NCBI GenBank assembly: GCA_043813585.1
Contig: JBDRKW010000020.1
Coordinates: 265,034 to 329,033 of the forward strand
Direction of reading: 5' to 3'
From: Candidatus Kerfeldbacteria bacterium
GTDB taxonomy: Bacteria; Patescibacteriota; Patescibacteriia; UBA9570; XYC2-FULL-38-9
DNA: 64,000 bases
Of the stretch, positions 28,814 to 39,001 are shown piece after piece; the first letter of the stretch is position 1, and each line of letters opens with the position of its first letter. Position numbers and translations under genes: made by a program. The notes below the pieces were generated by a model. That model worked only from the letters and a program-made list of their open reading frames with translations. It was not told the DNA's origin and ran no database searches.

Positions 28814-29523
28814 TTAACGGCTTTGAAAATAATAAATGGCGGATGGTGGCGTTCCTCCCCTAACCGTTTGTCATCCTGGTATTCAACCGCAATCGGCTCC
28901 AGAACGCCCGTAATCATGAAGCCTGCTCCCTTTATCACATCCTCGTAGTCTTTCCGGGTCCAATAATAGTCATCGAACTCCAGGTCTATGCTGTTGGTGA
29001 AAAGCCGGACATGCACACGATCGCCGCTTTTTTCGTCATGTATTTCATCGGACTGAAATGACGTAAACTTCTTCCCGTGCGTTTCCGGATGCGGATCCAT
29101 AAGCACAAAAACTCCGCCGTCAGGAAGCTTATTGTAGATGCGCTGCGTCAGGTCTTGCAGCGTTTCCTTGTTTGGAATAGTGCAGTAGACAAAATTTGCG
29201 CAGACACGGTCAAACTCGAATGCATCCACCTCTTCATGAGTAATGATATGGTGGTACTCAATGCCCAAACTGGTCTCCGTGCGGCGCAGCGCATTATCTA
29301 TTGCAGCCTGGGATGTATCAACCCCGATAATGCGCGATAACGGGTATTGGCGCGCAGTATAGCGCGTAAACCTGCCGTTGCCGCACCCGTAATCGAGTAT
29401 GGTCCGACGGTTAAGGTCGCCGAACAATTTGAGTACGCTCGGGTAACCCAACAACCAGTCAGTCGTCGCGTTAACCGCCTGGTACATGTCTGCCAATTCA
29501 TCCCAATACTGCTTCGTATCCAT
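28810..29523 (-). CDS. Class I SAM-dependent methyltransferase
   Basis: Motif I ILDYGCGNG, GVD.S, FD, L..GG.F. Confidence 0.88.
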   Translation of the reverse strand: MDTKQYWDELADMYQAVNATTDWLLGYPSVLKLFGDLNRRTILDYGCGNGRFTRYTARQYPLSRIIGVDTSQAAIDNALRRTETSLGIEYHHIITHEEVDAFEFDRVCANFVYCTIPNKETLQDLTQRIYNKLPDGGVFVLMDPHPETHGKKFTSFQSDEIHDEKSGDRVHVRLFTNSIDLEFDDYYWTRKDYEDVIKGAGFMITGVLEPIAVEYQDDKRLGEERHHPPFIIFKAVK

Positions 29524-29542
29524 AATGATAGTATACCACGAT

Positions 29543-30694
29543 TCATGAAGAACGGATGGTATCGCGTATTTCTTTCATAAGCTGCATGTAAAACGTGATA
29601 TTATGCTCGGTCATGAGCCGGGCGGCGACCGGTTCATCCACTGTTAATAAATGGCGAAGATACCGGCGAGTCAGCGTACCGGCGCACAGCGTGCACGGAC
29701 AGAAACCGTCAACCGAAGTGTCTGAATCCTTATGCGTTTCTGCATTCATATTTACCTTGTGATAACTGACCTCTTGCAGCGAATCATCAACAAGCCGACC
29801 ATTGCCTTTTGGATCGCGAATGAACACGGTTCCATGGCGGGCATTGCGGGTCGGAATGACGCAATCAAACATATCGATTCCACGCTTCACTGCTTCAAGA
29901 ATCTGTTCCGGCGGCCCGACGCCCATAAGATAATGCGGTTTGTTCTCCGGCAATAACGAAACGGTAACGTCCAGCACCTTATACATCTCTTCCGGCGGTT
30001 CACCAACGGCCAGTCCGCCTACTGCAAATCCGTCAAACGGCATCGCGGTCAACTCTGCAGCGCTCTGCCTGCGCAGGTCATCGAATGTTGAACCCTGGAC
30101 AATGCCAAAGAGCATGTTCCTTTTCCGTTCCTGCTTCCCAGCATCATAGCCTTTTTTCCAGTCAACGCATCGCGCCGCCCATGCGCTGGTAAGTTCCACA
30201 GACCGTTGGGCATCCTTTCGTTTGGCTGGATGTCCGGGAAAATAATCAAACGCCATCCAGATATCTGCGCTAATGACCGACTGCACCTCCATTGAATGTT
30301 CGGGCGTGAACATATGCTTACTACCATCCAGATGTGAACTGAACTCCACACCGTTATCCGTCAACTTACGCAGATGGGCCAGTGAAAAAATCTGAAAGCC
30401 GCCCGAATCAGTAAGAATCGGATTATTCCACCCGGCAAAATGATGCAGGCCGCCGGCGTTGCGCAATACGTCCAGTCCGGGCTTCAAGTACAGGTGGTAG
30501 GTATTTGAAAGCATTACGGGTGTTGTTGAAGGATCAACCCGCTGCTGAAACACATCCAATTCACCGGGCGTCAGCGTCTTTACCGTACCTTTTGTAGCAA
30601 TAGGAAGAAAAAAGGGAGTCTGGACTCCCCCATGAGCCGTTTCAAGAAGGCCCAACCTCGCGCCTGACGCGTGTGTTTTTATTAATTCAAACAT
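29543..30694 (-). CDS. tgt: tRNA-guanine transglycosylase
   Basis: NTYHL, LTDSGGFQ.FSL, FGIVQG, GGLAVGE, YLMGVG, DMFDCV.PTRNARHG, Zn site CPCTLC...HN. Confidence 0.95.
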   Translation of the reverse strand: MFELIKTHASGARLGLLETAHGGVQTPFFLPIATKGTVKTLTPGELDVFQQRVDPSTTPVMLSNTYHLYLKPGLDVLRNAGGLHHFAGWNNPILTDSGGFQIFSLAHLRKLTDNGVEFSSHLDGSKHMFTPEHSMEVQSVISADIWMAFDYFPGHPAKRKDAQRSVELTSAWAARCVDWKKGYDAGKQERKRNMLFGIVQGSTFDDLRRQSAAELTAMPFDGFAVGGLAVGEPPEEMYKVLDVTVSLLPENKPHYLMGVGPPEQILEAVKRGIDMFDCVIPTRNARHGTVFIRDPKGNGRLVDDSLQEVSYHKVNMNAETHKDSDTSVDGFCPCTLCAGTLTRRYLRHLLTVDEPVAARLMTEHNITFYMQLMKEIRDTIRSS

Positions 30695-30697
30695 CCT

Positions 30698-32617
30698 TTA
30701 CAATTTACCCTCGACGACTCCTTTATTCTTCGCACCCTCATCATTAGGTAGGTCTGTCGTAATGCGCTCGAGTTGCATTGATATCTCTTCGCCGGTTACC
30801 GTGTCTGTTGCGCTTACCACTGTTTCGCCTGTCAGCACCAACAAACGGTCCAGGTCGTCGTTGGTCGGCGCCACGCTGATTGTAAACTCCACGGAAGTTT
30901 CTGTATTTGCCTGGATCGTCTCTTTGGTATACGTAACCTTGCGCGTCTTTGAATCATATTCAATATCATCGCTCGCATCTTTTTTCCAGATCACATCTTT
31001 TGGCAGCGTCGTTGTTATTTTTGCGTTCTGAACTGTGTTGGCTCCGCCCACAATACTCCACCAAACGATATATGTCGTTTCATAATTCACCACAGGCGGC
31101 AACGGTCCATCACCGATCTTTTTTAAATTCTCATCAAAATATCGGCCTTCGGCAGTAACTGAAAATCCTCCGCGCACCTTAAGCACGGCCGTTTCTATAT
31201 TCGGGAACGTCACTTCATTTCCTTCTACAACAGCCGAACCGATCTGGAGCGTGATCTCCTGGCTGCCGATTGAACCGTCAATCGCGCCCGCAAGCGTAAT
31301 CGTCGTTTCGCGCTCTTTCGATTCAAACGGCTTTAGTGACTTAATTACCTCAAACGAATACTGCTCGGCCATAAACAGATCTCCGTCAAATAACAGCTCT
31401 GGCGTCACATCCTCAATTTCGGCGTCTGATGTATTCTTTATCGTCGCTGAAATCGTCACCTCATCTCCCGGATTAACAAACTCAGGAATAACCAGCGTGA
31501 GCTCAACTTCAGGATTTACAACCACTACAAGCGACGTTTGTTCCATCTGCACGCTAAAGGTGTTATCAATCTCAATCAAACCGAGTTGAAAATGGAACTC
31601 TTTCGTATCGCCAGATGTACCGTCAAGAATGCCGATAATTTCAAGCGTTTGCGTTTCACCTGGATTCAGCACATCAACGCGCCATTCGTTGTCCGTGCCA
31701 AACGTATCGAGCGATGAGCTGGAATAGGTAAAGCCGTCAGGATAGTCCATGGCAATCTTAATGCCGTTCAACGGGAGCTTTGCCGTATTCGTGAATTCCA
31801 CACTATACGTCATCTCCTGGCCGGACTGCACCTGGCTCGGCGCATCTATGGACAACTCAACAATGGATGATGTTATCTTAACAGTTGTTGAATCATTTTC
31901 CTGAAAATCAGTTGAAAAATTCTTCGGCTGGTATGAAAGCAAAGCGGAGATCTCTTTCTCTTCGCCTTGAATGCCGACCATCTGCCCGGTTATCCGAATA
32001 GTCCCACCTGCTCCCGGCCGTACATCGCCAATGTAAAACATGCGATTGTTATCACTATTCGGTTCAGCTGATGCGCTTTGATAATAAAACCCTTCCGGGT
32101 AAAAAACCTCAACCTCCGCATCAATAATATCTACATTCCGGTGATTCTCGTACTTTACCTCTATTGAAACCAAATCGCCGCTTGCTACCATGTCATCTTC
32201 TACCGATACTGAAAATTCCACCTCACCAGTCATTGTCGGCGATCCAAAATCCTTGTCAAACACGCGGTACCCGATATACGCGGCAGCCGCCAGAACCAGT
32301 ATTGAAGCGGCAATAATGATGTACCATTTGCCCCTCCCCTGCTTTTGATCGAGTTTCGTTAAATCAACCGGGCCTTCACCGTCAATATCATAAATGGAAT
32401 TAATGTCGGCTGTCTCTTTCACGTCCGGAAGAGATGAAATGGACTTAAACTCAACCTTCTTCTTTGGCGATGCCTGTTTCTTTTTTGCGGTTTCCGCTTC
32501 TGCTTCAGTCGCCGGCGTCGTCGGTGCCTCTTTTTTCTTGGCAAACGAAGAAACGCGGGTAGGTGGTATTGTCCGCTTCTTATTTGGCACCTTTTTTCCT
32601 TTTTGAACCCTGGCCAT
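30698..32617 (-). CDS. Single-TM protein with repeated Ig-like (DUF11-like) extracellular domains
   Basis: Basic N-terminus, one TM, repeated V.SG..(Y/V)...(Y/F).N...P.GF.Y beta-rich units. Confidence 0.7.
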   Translation of the reverse strand: MARVQKGKKVPNKKRTIPPTRVSSFAKKKEAPTTPATEAEAETAKKKQASPKKKVEFKSISSLPDVKETADINSIYDIDGEGPVDLTKLDQKQGRGKWYIIIAASILVLAAAAYIGYRVFDKDFGSPTMTGEVEFSVSVEDDMVASGDLVSIEVKYENHRNVDIIDAEVEVFYPEGFYYQSASAEPNSDNNRMFYIGDVRPGAGGTIRITGQMVGIQGEEKEISALLSYQPKNFSTDFQENDSTTVKITSSIVELSIDAPSQVQSGQEMTYSVEFTNTAKLPLNGIKIAMDYPDGFTYSSSSLDTFGTDNEWRVDVLNPGETQTLEIIGILDGTSGDTKEFHFQLGLIEIDNTFSVQMEQTSLVVVVNPEVELTLVIPEFVNPGDEVTISATIKNTSDAEIEDVTPELLFDGDLFMAEQYSFEVIKSLKPFESKERETTITLAGAIDGSIGSQEITLQIGSAVVEGNEVTFPNIETAVLKVRGGFSVTAEGRYFDENLKKIGDGPLPPVVNYETTYIVWWSIVGGANTVQNAKITTTLPKDVIWKKDASDDIEYDSKTRKVTYTKETIQANTETSVEFTISVAPTNDDLDRLLVLTGETVVSATDTVTGEEISMQLERITTDLPNDEGAKNKGVVEGKL

Positions 32618-32619
32618 AA

Positions 32620-33399
32620 CTACGCCTTCTTATTCTTGGGTGAATATCGATACAAATAATACCATAAACCAAGGCCGATAACAACCATTCCTATTGCCGC
32701 ATATTGAGGCATGGTGAGCCCGGCATAGCGGGTATCTACAGCTTCCAGGTCTGTCGCCCTGAAAAAATCCAGGATGAACCGCACGATGCCGTACCATACA
32801 AGGAAAAGCGCCGTATAAAAACCCGGTTTTCGATCTGCCTTTATCCTCCAAATTACCAAAAAAAGAATCATCAGCAGTAACCCGCTTAATGAAAGGTATA
32901 AACCGTGGTTGTGGCGCACAATGCCGTCGATATATTCCTGACCGAGAAAAAAAGAGGTTGGTGTTCCTGGATGATCGTATACAAAGAAGCAGCCGAGCCT
33001 GCCGATCCAAAGTCCAACCGGCAAACCAAATATAATTATGTCTGAATATGTTAAAAAATCCTTTTTCTTATGGCGCAAATAGAACCAACCGGCTGTAAAG
33101 GCGCCGATGAAGCCGCCAATAATTGACATGCCGCCCTCCCATACCTTGAAAACATCGATTAATGAATCTGCGTATGAGCTGAATTCGAGCGCAACATACA
33201 ACAAACGGCCTCCTATCATGCTGCCCAGGATACCCCAAAACGCGAGATCAATAATGTCTTCCCGGGGAACACCGCGTCGTTTCGCTTCTATTACAGACAA
33301 CACAATTGCCGCAACAACTCCCAAAGCAACCATAAGCCCCCATATGCGGATTGGGATCGGTCCTATATCAAATTGGATGATTCGAAAATATGGAATCAT
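32620..33399 (-). CDS. lgt: Prolipoprotein diacylglyceryl transferase
   Basis: GGRL.YV, WEGGMS..GG, GRLGCF, Y...RF..DFFR. Confidence 0.9.
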   Translation of the reverse strand: MIPYFRIIQFDIGPIPIRIWGLMVALGVVAAIVLSVIEAKRRGVPREDIIDLAFWGILGSMIGGRLLYVALEFSSYADSLIDVFKVWEGGMSIIGGFIGAFTAGWFYLRHKKKDFLTYSDIIIFGLPVGLWIGRLGCFFVYDHPGTPTSFFLGQEYIDGIVRHNHGLYLSLSGLLLMILFLVIWRIKADRKPGFYTALFLVWYGIVRFILDFFRATDLEAVDTRYAGLTMPQYAAIGMVVIGLGLWYYLYRYSPKNKKA

Positions 33400-34586
33400 T
33401 GGGAGATGATTATCGGCGGCCTCCCGTTTCCATTTGACTCTTTGTTAGTATTTTCTTCAATTAAATCCTGGCTTGCATTATTATCTTCCTCGATGGGCTG
33501 AACAGACTCTGTTTCCACAGGAACTTCTTCTGCATCCCCGTCTTGTTGTTCAGTATCATCGACTTGCGTCGCCTCCTCAACATCAGGAAGGCCGATTGCT
33601 CTCTCGCGAAGCAATGTTTCTATCCATGCCACAACAGCACTATATCCCTGCTCAAATCCATCCGCGGCAGGATCAGAAAGAAAATCATGCTCGCCGTTCT
33701 CAATGTCCAGCATTAATACTGTCAGTGCTGTTTGCACGTGCATTACCGTCAAACGCTCGCTTTGAATAGCCGGCACAAGAGCATCCTTTGAATTATGGAG
33801 TACCAGCATCGGCACTGTCTCGTCATATTCATCAGTCACTGCCAGACTGCGTAAACACTGTTCTTCCTGCAAAGCTGTAGTACACCCCGTCTGCTGAAGG
33901 AATGTTTGTGCCGTTACCTGATTCGTGTTGTTAAGATGCTTGAACTGGTCAGCCGGATCAATATATGGATACGCGATGATAATCCCGTCAACCTGGACGT
34001 CGCGCGTCGCCAGCAAAGAAAGATACGCGCCATACCCCAGCCCCAGTACGATGACCGGCTCGTCCTTAACATGGACAAAGTCGGACATCTCATCAACAGC
34101 TGATATAACATCTGTCAGGTCGTCCTCCGCAAAATCGCTGTCGCGCCAGTCAACCGTAAAGGTCAAAGCGTTAAACTGTTCCATCAGCCGCTCTCCTAAT
34201 ACGTCATGCACGCGGTCTGTTGCCCTGCTTGAAGCCGGAGCATCATGTATAATGATAATCGCCGGAAATGGCCCATCGCCTTCCGGTTTGGACAACCGGG
34301 CGCGCACTGTTTCACCGTCACGGGCAATATAGCCTGCCTCGTATCCATGGAGAGCTTCAATGCCCAGTTTCGGTTCAAAGAGCGATTCAATCTCCTCAGT
34401 ATCCGGAATCGCCTGATCCAGTATTTCATCCAAAGAAGGAACATCTGCTGACCGCTGCTGCAAAAAAGCCTGCCCTTTGTCGGAAAGCTGCAAATATTTC
34501 AAAATAACAACCGCTACAATCATGATCACGATGACGGCAGCCGTTAACGGCTTGATAATTTCCTGTGTGAGTTTCCTCCGGGGCAT
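33396..34586 (-). CDS. Membrane-anchored alpha/beta-hydrolase fold protein, probably catalytically inactive
   Basis: P.G.GPFPAIIIIH, elbow GLGYG (no Ser), PMLVLH..KD.LVP, GEH; acidic tail. Confidence 0.75.
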   Translation of the reverse strand: MPRRKLTQEIIKPLTAAVIVIMIVAVVILKYLQLSDKGQAFLQQRSADVPSLDEILDQAIPDTEEIESLFEPKLGIEALHGYEAGYIARDGETVRARLSKPEGDGPFPAIIIIHDAPASSRATDRVHDVLGERLMEQFNALTFTVDWRDSDFAEDDLTDVISAVDEMSDFVHVKDEPVIVLGLGYGAYLSLLATRDVQVDGIIIAYPYIDPADQFKHLNNTNQVTAQTFLQQTGCTTALQEEQCLRSLAVTDEYDETVPMLVLHNSKDALVPAIQSERLTVMHVQTALTVLMLDIENGEHDFLSDPAADGFEQGYSAVVAWIETLLRERAIGLPDVEEATQVDDTEQQDGDAEEVPVETESVQPIEEDNNASQDLIEENTNKESNGNGRPPIIISQ

Positions 34587-34607
34587 ACAAGATTAGTATA
34601 AAAGCGA

Positions 34608-34985
34608 TTAATGACTCCCTTTCTTCGGCAGCTCAATCTTGTGGATCTCGTAGATGAGGAAATAACTGATGACTGTCCTGATAACCACCAGGGCGAACAG
34701 CTGGCCTATCTCCGTCCACGACGGCAGGAACATTGTTTCCAAAACATCCTTAGCAATAAAAAATTCAAGGCCAAAATTGATATACTGCCCGAATTCAAAG
34801 CGGATAGGGTCCAGGCGCGCTTTGGCAATGTTCACATCGGGATGATGTTTCTGGAACAACCCTTGGACAAAGCGGCCCGTGGCAATAAGCGTTCCAAGAA
34901 TGATCATAATGGCGCCCAAGACACCGGCAGCAATAGCTGCAATATCCGCAACAGATGATATAAGTCCCAACGATTCTACTTCCAT
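34608..34985 (-). CDS. DUF1622 family membrane protein
   Basis: R..FG..I.FGLEF.IA.D.L.T...P.W..IG.L...V.IRT.ISYFL. Confidence 0.85.
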   Translation of the reverse strand: MEVESLGLISSVADIAAIAAGVLGAIMIILGTLIATGRFVQGLFQKHHPDVNIAKARLDPIRFEFGQYINFGLEFFIAKDVLETMFLPSWTEIGQLFALVVIRTVISYFLIYEIHKIELPKKGSH

Positions 34986-35006
34986 ACGCTATCGCTTAGT
35001 TAATAT

Positions 35007-36002
35007 TTAAGATTTTGCTTTTTTGCGCTTCATGACGCGAAGTACTGCATTAATAACTGCATCCGGACCAAGACCGAATTGCTCCCATAACTCCGCTTTT
35101 GAACCGGATTCGCCAAACTTGTCATCAATGCCCAGCATCTCAACCGGTGCCGGCAATTCTCTCGCCAACAGCTCCGAAACAGCACTCCCCATGCCGCCGG
35201 CCAGCTGGTGCTCTTCAACAGTCACAACGCGGCCGGTCTTTCTTACAGATTTCAAAATAGTCGCCGCGTCCAGCGGTTTTACAGTGTGGCAGTTAATCAC
35301 CTCAACCGAGGCCTTCCGTCCCAGCGTTTTCGCTGCAACTAAAGCATCGTGCACCGGCAACCCGCATGCAATCACGGTGACGTCCTTGCCGCTCCAATAC
35401 ACATCTGCCTTGCCTATTGCAAAAGGCGTCCGGGCTGAAGTGAATTCCGGTGTTTTTTCCCGGGACAGTCGAAGGTATCCCGGAACAGGGCTCTTTGCCA
35501 TCGCCAGCGTGGCATTTTTTGCCTGCTCTGCATCTGCCGGAACAATGATTTCCATATTCGGAATCGCGCGCAAAATGGCAATATCTTCAAGCGCCTGATG
35601 CGTTGCTCCGTCCGGCCCGGTAGAAATTCCGGCGTGTGAACCGATGATCTTCACATTCTGGTCGTTATAGCAAATGGTCGTGCGAATCTGTTCCCAGTTC
35701 CGTCCGGGTGAAAACATCGCAAATGATGCGGCAAACGGAATCTTACCTTCTGCCGCCATTCCGGATGCCACGGCCGCCATGTTCTGCTCCGCAACGCCGA
35801 CCTGGAAGAAACGCTCAGGAAACGCTTCTGCAAACGGCTTCACGCGCGTTGAACCGCACAGGTCCGCGCACAATGCGACAATATTCTTATTCTTCTTGCC
35901 CGCTGCAAGCAACCCTTCGCCAAAACCATTGCGCGTCGGCGCTATCGAAGCCTTTTCGCTGAAAAGGTTCTTTTTTAGAAATGCATTCTTGTTAATCGCC
36001 AT
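35007..36002 (-). CDS. tkt: Transketolase, C-terminal subunit
   Basis: TR.GFG..L, ADL..ST, GVAEQNM, G.DGATHQALED, KPLD, VEEH...GG.GS. Confidence 0.93.
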   Translation of the reverse strand: MAINKNAFLKKNLFSEKASIAPTRNGFGEGLLAAGKKNKNIVALCADLCGSTRVKPFAEAFPERFFQVGVAEQNMAAVASGMAAEGKIPFAASFAMFSPGRNWEQIRTTICYNDQNVKIIGSHAGISTGPDGATHQALEDIAILRAIPNMEIIVPADAEQAKNATLAMAKSPVPGYLRLSREKTPEFTSARTPFAIGKADVYWSGKDVTVIACGLPVHDALVAAKTLGRKASVEVINCHTVKPLDAATILKSVRKTGRVVTVEEHQLAGGMGSAVSELLARELPAPVEMLGIDDKFGESGSKAELWEQFGLGPDAVINAVLRVMKRKKAKS

Positions 36003-36009
36003 AGGTCAG

Positions 36010-36879
36010 CTAGTAATCGTATGTATCATCAGTGATTTTATTGCGCACGTCCTCGAGCTCGGCCAGCGCTTTCTCCAGCTCGTCATCATCCGGCGCTTTT
36101 CCGTGCCATTTGAAATCATCTTCCATAAAACTAACGCCTTTGCCCGGCACGGTAATGGCGACAATAAGCGTTGGTTTCTTCTTGTAGTATTTTGCTCGAT
36201 TGATAGCGTCAATAATCTGTTCGATGTTATGCCCGTCGACTTCCAAAACATTCCAGTTAAACGCTTCATATTTTTCACGCACCGGATCGAGTGGCATCAC
36301 GTCTTCCGTGTTACCGTCAATCTGGATATAGTTCCGGTCCATAATCTGAATAATGTTGTCCAACTTGTATTTTGCGGCAAACATCACAGACTCCCACATG
36401 TTTCCTTCCTCATGTTCGCCGTCCGATGTCAGCGTAAAAATATGATGGTCTTTCTTATTCAGCCTGGCTGCCGCTGCCATGCCGCATGCCTGCGCCAGGC
36501 CGCACCCGAGCGGCCCACTTGATGTTTCCAGCCCCGGAATGGCCGAACGATGAGGATGGCCCTGCAAACGGCTTCCCAGTTTGCGCAGCGTCAGCAACTC
36601 ATCAACAGGCAGGTATCCAGCATGTGCCATAGCCGCATACATCACGGGACAAATATGCCCGTTCGACAGCACAAGCCGGTCGCGGTCCGGCCAATTGGGC
36701 TTTTTCGGATCGTGCATCATGGAATGAAAATAGAGCACGGTAAATACATCTGCCATGCCGAGGGATCCCGCTGGATGGCCGGACTTTGCAGCATTCAACG
36801 CTCGCAACAAATCCTGCCGAACCGCATTGGCGATTAACGCAAGCTCTTTTGTTTCAGTTATCGGTGAAAATACTGCCAT
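36010..36879 (-). CDS. tkt: Transketolase, N-terminal (TPP-binding) subunit
   Basis: SGHP.GSL, RDRLVLS.GH, LQGHP, SGPLG.GL, SDGE..EG..WE, GKGVSFME...WHGK. Confidence 0.93.
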   Translation of the reverse strand: MAVFSPITETKELALIANAVRQDLLRALNAAKSGHPAGSLGMADVFTVLYFHSMMHDPKKPNWPDRDRLVLSNGHICPVMYAAMAHAGYLPVDELLTLRKLGSRLQGHPHRSAIPGLETSSGPLGCGLAQACGMAAAARLNKKDHHIFTLTSDGEHEEGNMWESVMFAAKYKLDNIIQIMDRNYIQIDGNTEDVMPLDPVREKYEAFNWNVLEVDGHNIEQIIDAINRAKYYKKKPTLIVAITVPGKGVSFMEDDFKWHGKAPDDDELEKALAELEDVRNKITDDTYDY

Positions 36880-36881
36880 TG

Positions 36882-37526
36882 TTATTGTTTCACTTTTTTC
36901 CAGTCGTTCGAAAATTTCTTCATGCCTGCGTCCGTGAGCTTGTGGTTGAACAACTCATGAAACACATCCGGCGGAACGGTTGCCGCATCAGCGCCGGCAA
37001 GAGCTGCGCGGCGGACATGCTCGGTTTTTCTGATGCTCGCGGCCAATACGGCTGTATCGAACCCGTACATATCGTACAGTAGGGATATTTCCTCCACCAG
37101 CTCCATGCCGTCCACGCCGCTGTCATCCAAACGGCCGACGAATGGTGAAACAAACGTTGCGCCTGCTTTTGCAGCAAGCAACGCCTGATTCGCATGAAAT
37201 ACCAGAGTGACATTCACTTTTGCGCCCTGTTTGCGTAATTTAGCGCATGCCTTGATGCCCTCTTCGGTCATCGGCACCTTGATGGTAATATTTTTATGAA
37301 TCTTCAACAGCGGTTGAGCTTCTTTGACCATATCATTCGCCTTCTCAGCCGTGACTTCGGCGCTGATCGGTCCATTCACAATCATTGCAATATCCTTCAC
37401 GACCTCTGAAAACTTCCTTCCGGATTTCAAAATTAATGACGGATTTGTCGTTACGCCGTCTACCATGCCGGTTTCTGCTGCTGCGCGGATCTCCTCCACG
37501 TCAGCACTATCTATAAATATTTTCAT
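36882..37526 (-). CDS. tal: Transaldolase / fructose-6-phosphate aldolase family (short type)
   Basis: [27 protein letters not shown]...[28 protein letters not shown]. Confidence 0.9.
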   Translation of the reverse strand: MKIFIDSADVEEIRAAAETGMVDGVTTNPSLILKSGRKFSEVVKDIAMIVNGPISAEVTAEKANDMVKEAQPLLKIHKNITIKVPMTEEGIKACAKLRKQGAKVNVTLVFHANQALLAAKAGATFVSPFVGRLDDSGVDGMELVEEISLLYDMYGFDTAVLAASIRKTEHVRRAALAGADAATVPPDVFHELFNHKLTDAGMKKFSNDWKKVKQ

Positions 37527-37580
37527 GCAGGGTTTATAAAATATCACGGCTTATTATACCACTTTTTGCAAATGATAACA

Positions 37581-37601
37581 AAAACGCCCGTTGCGGGCGT
37601 T
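37581..37601 (-). terminator. Intrinsic terminator after rpe
   Basis: aacgcccg-ttg-cgggcgtt hairpin with a T-run on the minus strand. Confidence 0.65.
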
Positions 37602-37621
37602 CACTTCTGAATATCACCACT

Positions 37622-38260
37622 TTAGTGGCTGCCTTTCAAACGATCAATTGCCTGCTGAGGATCTTTCGCATTCCAGATATAACTGGCGGTAGACAGCATA
37701 TCTGCGCCCGCTTCAATGATTTTCTTGCTGGTGGCATCGCTTACTCCGCCATCAACACCGACAAGCAGCTCCGACCGCTCTTTCTTCAACTCTTTGATCT
37801 TTTCAAGGACATCATACTGGAAAGACTGTCCGGAAAATCCCGGATTCACCCCCATGACCAGTACCATCTCGATATTATTAATAATATCGCGGAGATCAAA
37901 TGTCGACGTTTCAGGGTTAATTGCCACTCCGGCCTCAATACCGGCATCATGAATCTGCTTCACAATATGCTGCAGGTTGCCGGCAGCTTCATAATGGACA
38001 ATGATCCTCTTCACATTGGGCAGGAACCACCTCTGAATTGCCAAATCCGGCTTTTCAATCATTAAATGCAGCTCAAGGTTAATATCGAGCGTCTTGATCT
38101 TCTGTGTATCGTTAAATGTTACGTTCGGCACAAACACGCCGTCCATCACATCCAGCTGGATCATGGGGGCATACGGCTTAATGCGTTTTACCTTATCCTG
38201 AATACCCTCCCAGGTCTGTTCAAGGACGGCAGGTATGACTTCAATCTTGCCATTACTCAT
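37622..38260 (-). CDS. rpe: Ribulose-phosphate 3-epimerase
   Basis: DVMDG.FVPN.T, HLMI, A.NPET, MGVNPGFSGQ, VDGGV, AGAD. Confidence 0.94.
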   Translation of the reverse strand: MSNGKIEVIPAVLEQTWEGIQDKVKRIKPYAPMIQLDVMDGVFVPNVTFNDTQKIKTLDINLELHLMIEKPDLAIQRWFLPNVKRIIVHYEAAGNLQHIVKQIHDAGIEAGVAINPETSTFDLRDIINNIEMVLVMGVNPGFSGQSFQYDVLEKIKELKKERSELLVGVDGGVSDATSKKIIEAGADMLSTASYIWNAKDPQQAIDRLKGSH

Positions 38261-38727
38261 TTGTATTGCTGTTCTTCGTAATCAATTATTTTTCGGACGC
38301 GGCGCGCATGGCGGTCAATGCCGTCAAATTTCGCATCAAGGAATGCGTTTACAATACCGGGAACGTCTTTTTCTTCCAGCAACTTGCCGGCCAAGGCAAG
38401 AACGTTTGCATTATCGTGCTCCCGCGATTGCCGCGCCATATATTCGTTCATTGCCAGCGCAGCTCGGACACCCTTCACCTTGTTGGCCGCAATATCAACG
38501 CCAACGCCAGAACCGCAAATAACGATACCAACATCATCCTTGCCTTCCGCGGCTGCAGCGCGTACCGCTTCGGCCACCGGGAATGCAAAATCAGGAAAAT
38601 CAGCATCTTCGACAGTGCCGTCTGTACCAAAATCCTCATACTCGACGCTCCGTTCGTCCAGCAGCGCTTTTATTTGTTCCTTTATCGCTACCCCGTGGTT
38701 ATCTGAACCTAGATAAATGGTCATCAA
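38257..38727 (-). CDS. rpiB: Ribose-5-phosphate isomerase B
   Basis: GSD..G, DFPD, ICGSG.G..IAANK.KG.RAA, REH.NANVL, RH.RRV.KI. Confidence 0.94.
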   Translation of the reverse strand: MMTIYLGSDNHGVAIKEQIKALLDERSVEYEDFGTDGTVEDADFPDFAFPVAEAVRAAAAEGKDDVGIVICGSGVGVDIAANKVKGVRAALAMNEYMARQSREHDNANVLALAGKLLEEKDVPGIVNAFLDAKFDGIDRHARRVRKIIDYEEQQYK

Positions 38728-38730
38728 TCC

Positions 38731-38991
38731 TTATCCTTTAATGCCAAGAAGTTCCTCAAGTTTGTCGCGGTCAAACCCAATGACCACCTCTTCCTTTTTT
38801 GAAGCAGCCATGTCGCCCGGGATGACTATGACCGGCACGCCCATTTGCCCTGATTTTTCAATCATCTCTTGGGCGCGATCCTGGTCTGCCGCAACATCGA
38901 CATCTTCGTATTCCACTTTGTTCTCCTTAAAATAGTCCTTTGCCATCTTGCAATACGGACATGTTGGAGTTGAATAAATTGTTACCGCCAT
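38731..38991 (-). CDS. Glutaredoxin-like protein (NrdH/YruB type)
   Basis: VTIYSTPTCPYC, SGQMGVPVI, GFD; start at ATG 38991. Confidence 0.9.
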   Translation of the reverse strand: MAVTIYSTPTCPYCKMAKDYFKENKVEYEDVDVAADQDRAQEMIEKSGQMGVPVIVIPGDMAASKKEEVVIGFDRDKLEELLGIKG

Positions 38992-39001
38992 AACGATTAA
39001 T

